Source: Bryobacteraceae bacterium
GTDB taxonomy: Bacteria > Acidobacteriota > Terriglobia > Bryobacterales > Bryobacteraceae
Length of the DNA stretch: 64,000 nucleotides
NCBI GenBank assembly: GCA_050008575.1
Contig: JBEKMJ010000029.1
Location: 16,872 to 80,871 of the forward strand
Direction of reading: 5' to 3'
Translations under genes and position numbers: made by a program
Notes under the pieces: model-generated
Database searches by the model: none
What the model saw: the letters and a program-made list of their open reading frames with translations, nothing else
What the model was told of the DNA's origin: nothing
Shown here: one piece after another, positions 60,117 to 64,000 of the stretch
Layout: each line of letters opens with the position of its first letter
Position numbering within the stretch: the stretch's first letter is position 1

Positions 60117-63100
60117 TTGTTCTGCCTGGCCGGTGCTACGGTGCTGGTGGCGGCCGGCCTCGCGTTCGTATACGCCGCCAAAACACAAAACTTCCCGGAC
60201 GTTTCCGAACGCCTGCGGCACGGCGACCTGTTGAATCTCAATACCGTGTCGAGCGCGGAGCAACTAGCGCCATTTCTCGACATAGTCCAGGACCGCGCGG
60301 AACGGGAGGCCGACGCCGAAGAGCTGCTGGCCTTTCTGCGCGCCGCCCATCCGCTGCGCAACGTGGGCACGCTCTCCCGTCTGCGCCGGCAACGCAAGCC
60401 GCTGCTGCCCATATCCAAGCTCAAACCCGCCTTGGTGGTGCGCACACCCGTCGAATTCCGGCGCGCATATCTCATCTGGTCGGCTGTCTACCTAAGCGGC
60501 TTCTACCTGGTATGGTTCGCCTGGCGCGCGCGCCGCGGGCCAGGATGCAAGCATGGCGACATCGCGATCCTGCCGGCGCTGCACCTGCTCTCCGGCATCG
60601 GCCTGATCCTGATGGTGAGCCTGCGCGACCCTTTGCGCGATACGCTCGAATTCCGCAAGTTCGCGCTGGGCGTATTTCTCGGCTGCCTGTTGTTGCTGCT
60701 GCCGCTGGTGCGGGCTTTCGATTACCGCCGGCTGGCCGACTGGATCTACACGCCGCTGCTGGCCGCGTTCGCGCTGTTCGCCCTGCTGCTGATCTTCGGC
60801 TCGGGCCCGGGCGCCAGCGACCAAAAGGTCAACTTGGGGCCTTTTCAGCCGGTCGAAGCCATCAAAATTCTAGTGGTGCTTTTCCTGGCCGGATACTTCG
60901 CGCGCAATTGGGAGCGGCTGCGGGACCTGCGCCAGAAGGGTCTGCGGGGCATGGGCGCACATCTGGGCGTGCCGCGCCTGGCGCATTTGATGCCGGTGGC
61001 TTGCGCGGTCGCCGTCGCCATCCTGCTGTTCTTCGTGCTGAAGGATCTGGGACCGGCGTTAGTCCTGTTTTTCCTGTTTTTGACGCTGTTCTCGGTGGCG
61101 CACGGACGGGCGGGACTGGCGATTCTCGGGATCGGCATCCTGGTTGCCGCCGTGTGCGTTGGCTATCATTTCGGACAACCGCGCATGGTGGTGGACCGCA
61201 TCGACATGTGGCTCTCGCCCTGGGACAACGACGTCCACGGAGGAAACCAACTGGCGCATGCGCTGTGGGCGTTCTCGACGGGCGGCGTATGGGGTTCCGG
61301 CCCGGGCTATGGCGACCCCGGCGTGATCCCGGCGGGCCACACGGACCTGGTTTTGCCGGCGATCGGCGAAGAGTGGGGCTTCGCGGGCGTGGCGACGGTG
61401 TTTCTGCTGTTCGGATTCCTGATCTACCGCGCGTTTCGTATCGCGATGCGCACCGTGTCGGATTACGCCTTCTTTCTGGCGCTGGGCCTGGCGTGTTTGC
61501 TGGCCTTCGAGATGTTGCTGATCTCCGCGGGAGTGCTGGGAGTGCTGCCGCTCTCGGGCGTGGTATCGCCATTTCTGAGCTCCGGGAACACCGCCATGCT
61601 GGCGAACTTCTTCATCTTCGCGCTGCTGCTGGCCATCTCGATGGGCAATCCCACGCCGCATGCGCACCCATTGTTCCGCGCGCCGCTGCGCATTGCCGGG
61701 ATAGCGCTGGCGGCGTGCGCGGTGGTGTTGATCTGCTTCGCCGCGCGCTACCAGGCGATCCACGACCGCGCCTATCTGGCGCGCGATGCGCGCGTATTCG
61801 AAGACGATGGAGTGAAGCGCGCGCAGCACAATCCGCGCATCAACGCGATCGCCCGCGAGATCCCGCGCGGCGACATCTTCGATCGCAACGGCGTGCTGCT
61901 GGCTACCGGCGATTGGAAGAAGCTGCTCGAGCGGCGCGCGCAATACCAGGCTCTGGGCGTCGACATCGACCGGGCTTGTTCGCGCCTGGATTCGCGCCAT
62001 TATCCATTCGGCGCAGAGACCGAACACTTCCTGGGCGACCTGCGCACGGGAGAGAATTTCCACGCGGCGAACGCTTCCCTGGTGGAGCGCGATTCCAATG
62101 CGCGGCTGCAGGGTTATCAATATTCCGAACTGGTATCGCTGGTGCGCTACCGCCACCGGCCGGGCAATCCCGCGTTGCGCAGCCTGCTGGCGCGCGACCG
62201 CGACGTGCGCACCACGCTGGATATCCGGCTGCAACTGTGCGCGGCGGAGATCCTGCGCCGGCGTCTACGGCAGGCCAACAAACAGAACGGCGCGGCGGTG
62301 GTGATGGATGCGAATTCCGGCGACGTGCTGGCCATGGTCAGCGTGCCGGAACCCGCGCCGCCGGCCGCGCGCAACGCGCCGCCTTCGGATGACGAGTTGC
62401 TCGACCGCGCGCGGTACGGCCAGTATCCGCCCGGCTCGACGTTCAAACTGGTGACGGCCATGGCGGCCCTGCGGCTCGATCCGGACTCGCGGAATCAGAC
62501 GTTCACTTGCCGCCGTCTGCGGGATGGGCGCGCCGGCGCGATGGTGGAGGGCTACCGCAGGCCGATACGCGACGACATCAAGGACCAGCCGCATGGCACA
62601 CTTTCCATGGAACGCGCCATCGAAGTTTCCTGCAACGCTTATTTCGCGCAACTCGGAACCTACCAGGTGGGGGCCGAGGCGCTGCAGCAAGCCGCCGGCT
62701 TGCTGGATATTTCGACGGGCGATTTGCCGGGATTGAGGGCTACTTTACCATTCGCGTCTTACGGGCAGGGTCCGCTGCTGATCACGCCGTTCAAGATGGC
62801 GCGCGTGGCCGCCACCATTGCGGCGGGCGGCGCCATGCCGCAGGGCCGCTGGGTGATCGACGGAAACAATACGCGGCAGGATGCCCCGCGCCCTATCGTG
62901 GCGGCCGAACCCGCCGGGTTTATCGCCGGCGCCATGCGGCTGGTGGTGACCGACGGCACCGCGCGGCACGCCATGGCCGGAACGCCCGTCAACCTGGCCG
63001 GCAAGACCGGCACCGCGCAACTGGGCGAAGGCGAGCCGCACGCCTGGTTCGCGGGTTTCGCGCCGTATGACGGAGACGCCAGCCACCGCATCGCATTCGC

Positions 63101-63197
63101 CGTGCTGGTGGAACATGGCGGCTATGGCGGCCAGGTGGCCGCGCCCATCGCGCGTGAGATCATGGAGGCTGCGAAGGACTTGGGACTGGTGCCGTGA
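60117..63197 (+). CDS. Fusion protein: SEDS (RodA/FtsW-type) polymerase domain plus class-B penicillin-binding protein (dimerisation + transpeptidase)
   Basis: SEDS part: 'LGPFQPVEAIKILVVLFLAGYF' and 'GHTDLVLPAIGEEWGFAGV'. PBP part: 'RGDIFDRNGVLLA', 'VVMDANSGDVLAMVSVPE', SxxK 'GSTFKLVTAMAAL', SxN 'SCNAYF' and KTG 'GKTGTAQ'. It is one uninterrupted frame. The start is uncertain (TTG at 60117 chosen); the first 41 codons of the track ORF are the palindrome. Confidence 0.9.
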   Translation: MFCLAGATVLVAAGLAFVYAAKTQNFPDVSERLRHGDLLNLNTVSSAEQLAPFLDIVQDRAEREADAEELLAFLRAAHPLRNVGTLSRLRRQRKPLLPISKLKPALVVRTPVEFRRAYLIWSAVYLSGFYLVWFAWRARRGPGCKHGDIAILPALHLLSGIGLILMVSLRDPLRDTLEFRKFALGVFLGCLLLLLPLVRAFDYRRLADWIYTPLLAAFALFALLLIFGSGPGASDQKVNLGPFQPVEAIKILVVLFLAGYFARNWERLRDLRQKGLRGMGAHLGVPRLAHLMPVACAVAVAILLFFVLKDLGPALVLFFLFLTLFSVAHGRAGLAILGIGILVAAVCVGYHFGQPRMVVDRIDMWLSPWDNDVHGGNQLAHALWAFSTGGVWGSGPGYGDPGVIPAGHTDLVLPAIGEEWGFAGVATVFLLFGFLIYRAFRIAMRTVSDYAFFLALGLACLLAFEMLLISAGVLGVLPLSGVVSPFLSSGNTAMLANFFIFALLLAISMGNPTPHAHPLFRAPLRIAGIALAACAVVLICFAARYQAIHDRAYLARDARVFEDDGVKRAQHNPRINAIAREIPRGDIFDRNGVLLATGDWKKLLERRAQYQALGVDIDRACSRLDSRHYPFGAETEHFLGDLRTGENFHAANASLVERDSNARLQGYQYSELVSLVRYRHRPGNPALRSLLARDRDVRTTLDIRLQLCAAEILRRRLRQANKQNGAAVVMDANSGDVLAMVSVPEPAPPAARNAPPSDDELLDRARYGQYPPGSTFKLVTAMAALRLDPDSRNQTFTCRRLRDGRAGAMVEGYRRPIRDDIKDQPHGTLSMERAIEVSCNAYFAQLGTYQVGAEALQQAAGLLDISTGDLPGLRATLPFASYGQGPLLITPFKMARVAATIAAGGAMPQGRWVIDGNNTRQDAPRPIVAAEPAGFIAGAMRLVVTDGTARHAMAGTPVNLAGKTGTAQLGEGEPHAWFAGFAPYDGDASHRIAFAVLVEHGGYGGQVAAPIAREIMEAAKDLGLVP

Positions 63198-63203
63198 GGC
63201 CTC

Positions 63204-64000
63204 ATGAATCTGGCGGAGTTTCTCGAAAAATTTGGCCGCACCGTTTTCGAAAGCCCGTTCTCACACGGGCAAGGCGATGAACCGCCCGAGGTGGCCGAGA
63301 TTCGCCTGGCCATTCTGGACCAGGTCCGCGAGAAGAGCTACCGGTTGGGCGGCCGGAAGGTTTTCCCGTTCAATGTGGTGCGCATTCACGTGCGCGGCAT
63401 CGAAGACAGCCGCGCCCCTACTTTTGCCGGAAAGTTCTTCCGTACCTATTTCGAACAGGAGCTGCGCGGCAGTCTGGACCGGAGCGAGTGCCGGTATCCG
63501 GAGGATCTGCGCGTAGACGTACAGGTCACGCGGGAACTGCCCGCGCCCGGCGAGCGATGGGTGTGGGTGGAAGCCGAGTCGCAGGACCGTCCCGCCGCGG
63601 CGCAACGCCGGACCGCCAGGCTGATCGTGGTGGAAGGCCAGGCCAACGCGGCGGAGATTGCGCTATCCAAAGCCCGCACGAACATCGGCCGCACCGTCGA
63701 CGTGTACCGCTCCGAAGGCCTGATCCGCCGCAACGATTTGGCTTTTTCGGAAGACACCGAGATCAACCGCACGGTGTCGCGCGAGCATGCGCACATCGCC
63801 TACGACAAAGCCGCGGGCGAATATCGGCTGTTCAACGACCGTTGGTACAAGCGGGAGCAAAGCGGCGCGCCCGACTGCGGAATCTGGATCGTGCGCGATG
63901 GGCTCAGCCAGGAAGTGCATCGCACGGCGCGCGGGACGAAGCTGGAGCATGGCGACGAGATTCATTTCGGGAAAGCGGTGGCGCGGCTTCAGATGAAGTG
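63204..64000 (+). CDS. Second FhaA-like protein (DUF3662-like N-domain + FHA), 3' end at or beyond the window edge
   Basis: Not in the ORF track because there is no stop in the window. I translated it by hand from the ATG at 63204: 'MNLAEFLEKFGRTVFESPF...PPEVAEIRLAILDQVREKS...FPFNVVRIHVRG' (DUF3662-like) and '...TNIGRTVDVYRSEGLIRRNDLAFSEDTEINRTVSREHAHIAYDKAAGEYRLFND...GDEIHFGKAVARLQMK' (FHA). Confidence 0.85.
   Translation, partial: MNLAEFLEKFGRTVFESPFSHGQGDEPPEVAEIRLAILDQVREKSYRLGGRKVFPFNVVRIHVRGIEDSRAPTFAGKFFRTYFEQELRGSLDRSECRYPEDLRVDVQVTRELPAPGERWVWVEAESQDRPAAAQRRTARLIVVEGQANAAEIALSKARTNIGRTVDVYRSEGLIRRNDLAFSEDTEINRTVSREHAHIAYDKAAGEYRLFNDRWYKREQSGAPDCGIWIVRDGLSQEVHRTARGTKLEHGDEIHFGKAVARLQMK

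Noticed and set aside
60512-62392. 626-aa plus-strand ORF, and the 391-aa minus-strand ORF at 61059-62234
   Set aside because: These are an off-frame and an antisense reading of the SEDS-PBP gene. They are Arg/Pro/Gly-rich with no domains.

Overview
High-GC bacterial chromosomal window. The gene content looks Acidobacteriota-like: a PadR plus ADOP 'orphan permease' pair, GloVer-repeat and PEGA proteins, and TAT-signal Gfo/Idh/MocA and TIM-barrel sugar enzymes. This taxonomic call is an inference, not a search result. I support about 45 protein genes, most of them housekeeping: gltX-glnS, trpS, metH, nifJ-type PFOR with a DHOD-like partner, deoC, an RND efflux pair, a PQQ quinohemoprotein and an rRNA methyltransferase. 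No tRNA, rRNA or CRISPR was found. Four things stand out. (1) A 1.7-kb AT-richer cassette at 15.05-16.69 kb sits in the 3' end of the RND permease gene. It is bracketed by a ~140-bp direct repeat of that gene, and a displaced, decayed old gene end lies downstream. It carries a Gp49/HigB-like toxin, an XRE HTH protein and a DUF3467 protein behind a near-consensus promoter. (2) An actinobacterial-style cell-wall signalling cluster at 56.6-64.0 kb reads FhaA-like FHA, PP2C, Ser/Thr kinase, a single-polypeptide SEDS(RodA/FtsW)::class-B PBP fusion, and a second FhaA-like FHA. An 88-nt compound palindrome lies between the kinase and the fusion gene. (3) An AT-richer patch at 33.6-38.0 kb holds a short UvrA paralogue directly downstream of a decayed ISL3 transposase. 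(4) A family of GC-rich multi-hairpin intergenic elements (GTGGGGC...GCCCCAC ends, GGCGGCGCATGGCGCCGCC modules, GCTGAAGCC modules) sits at gene ends. There are also several gene remnants (an RND fragment, an SRPBCC gene, and the 12.0-13.4 kb zone) and an orphan secreted tail-fibre-like protein. Start codons are often ambiguous, and the many long antisense or off-frame ORFs in the track are high-GC shadows. All motif calls come from reading the translations; no database search was run.
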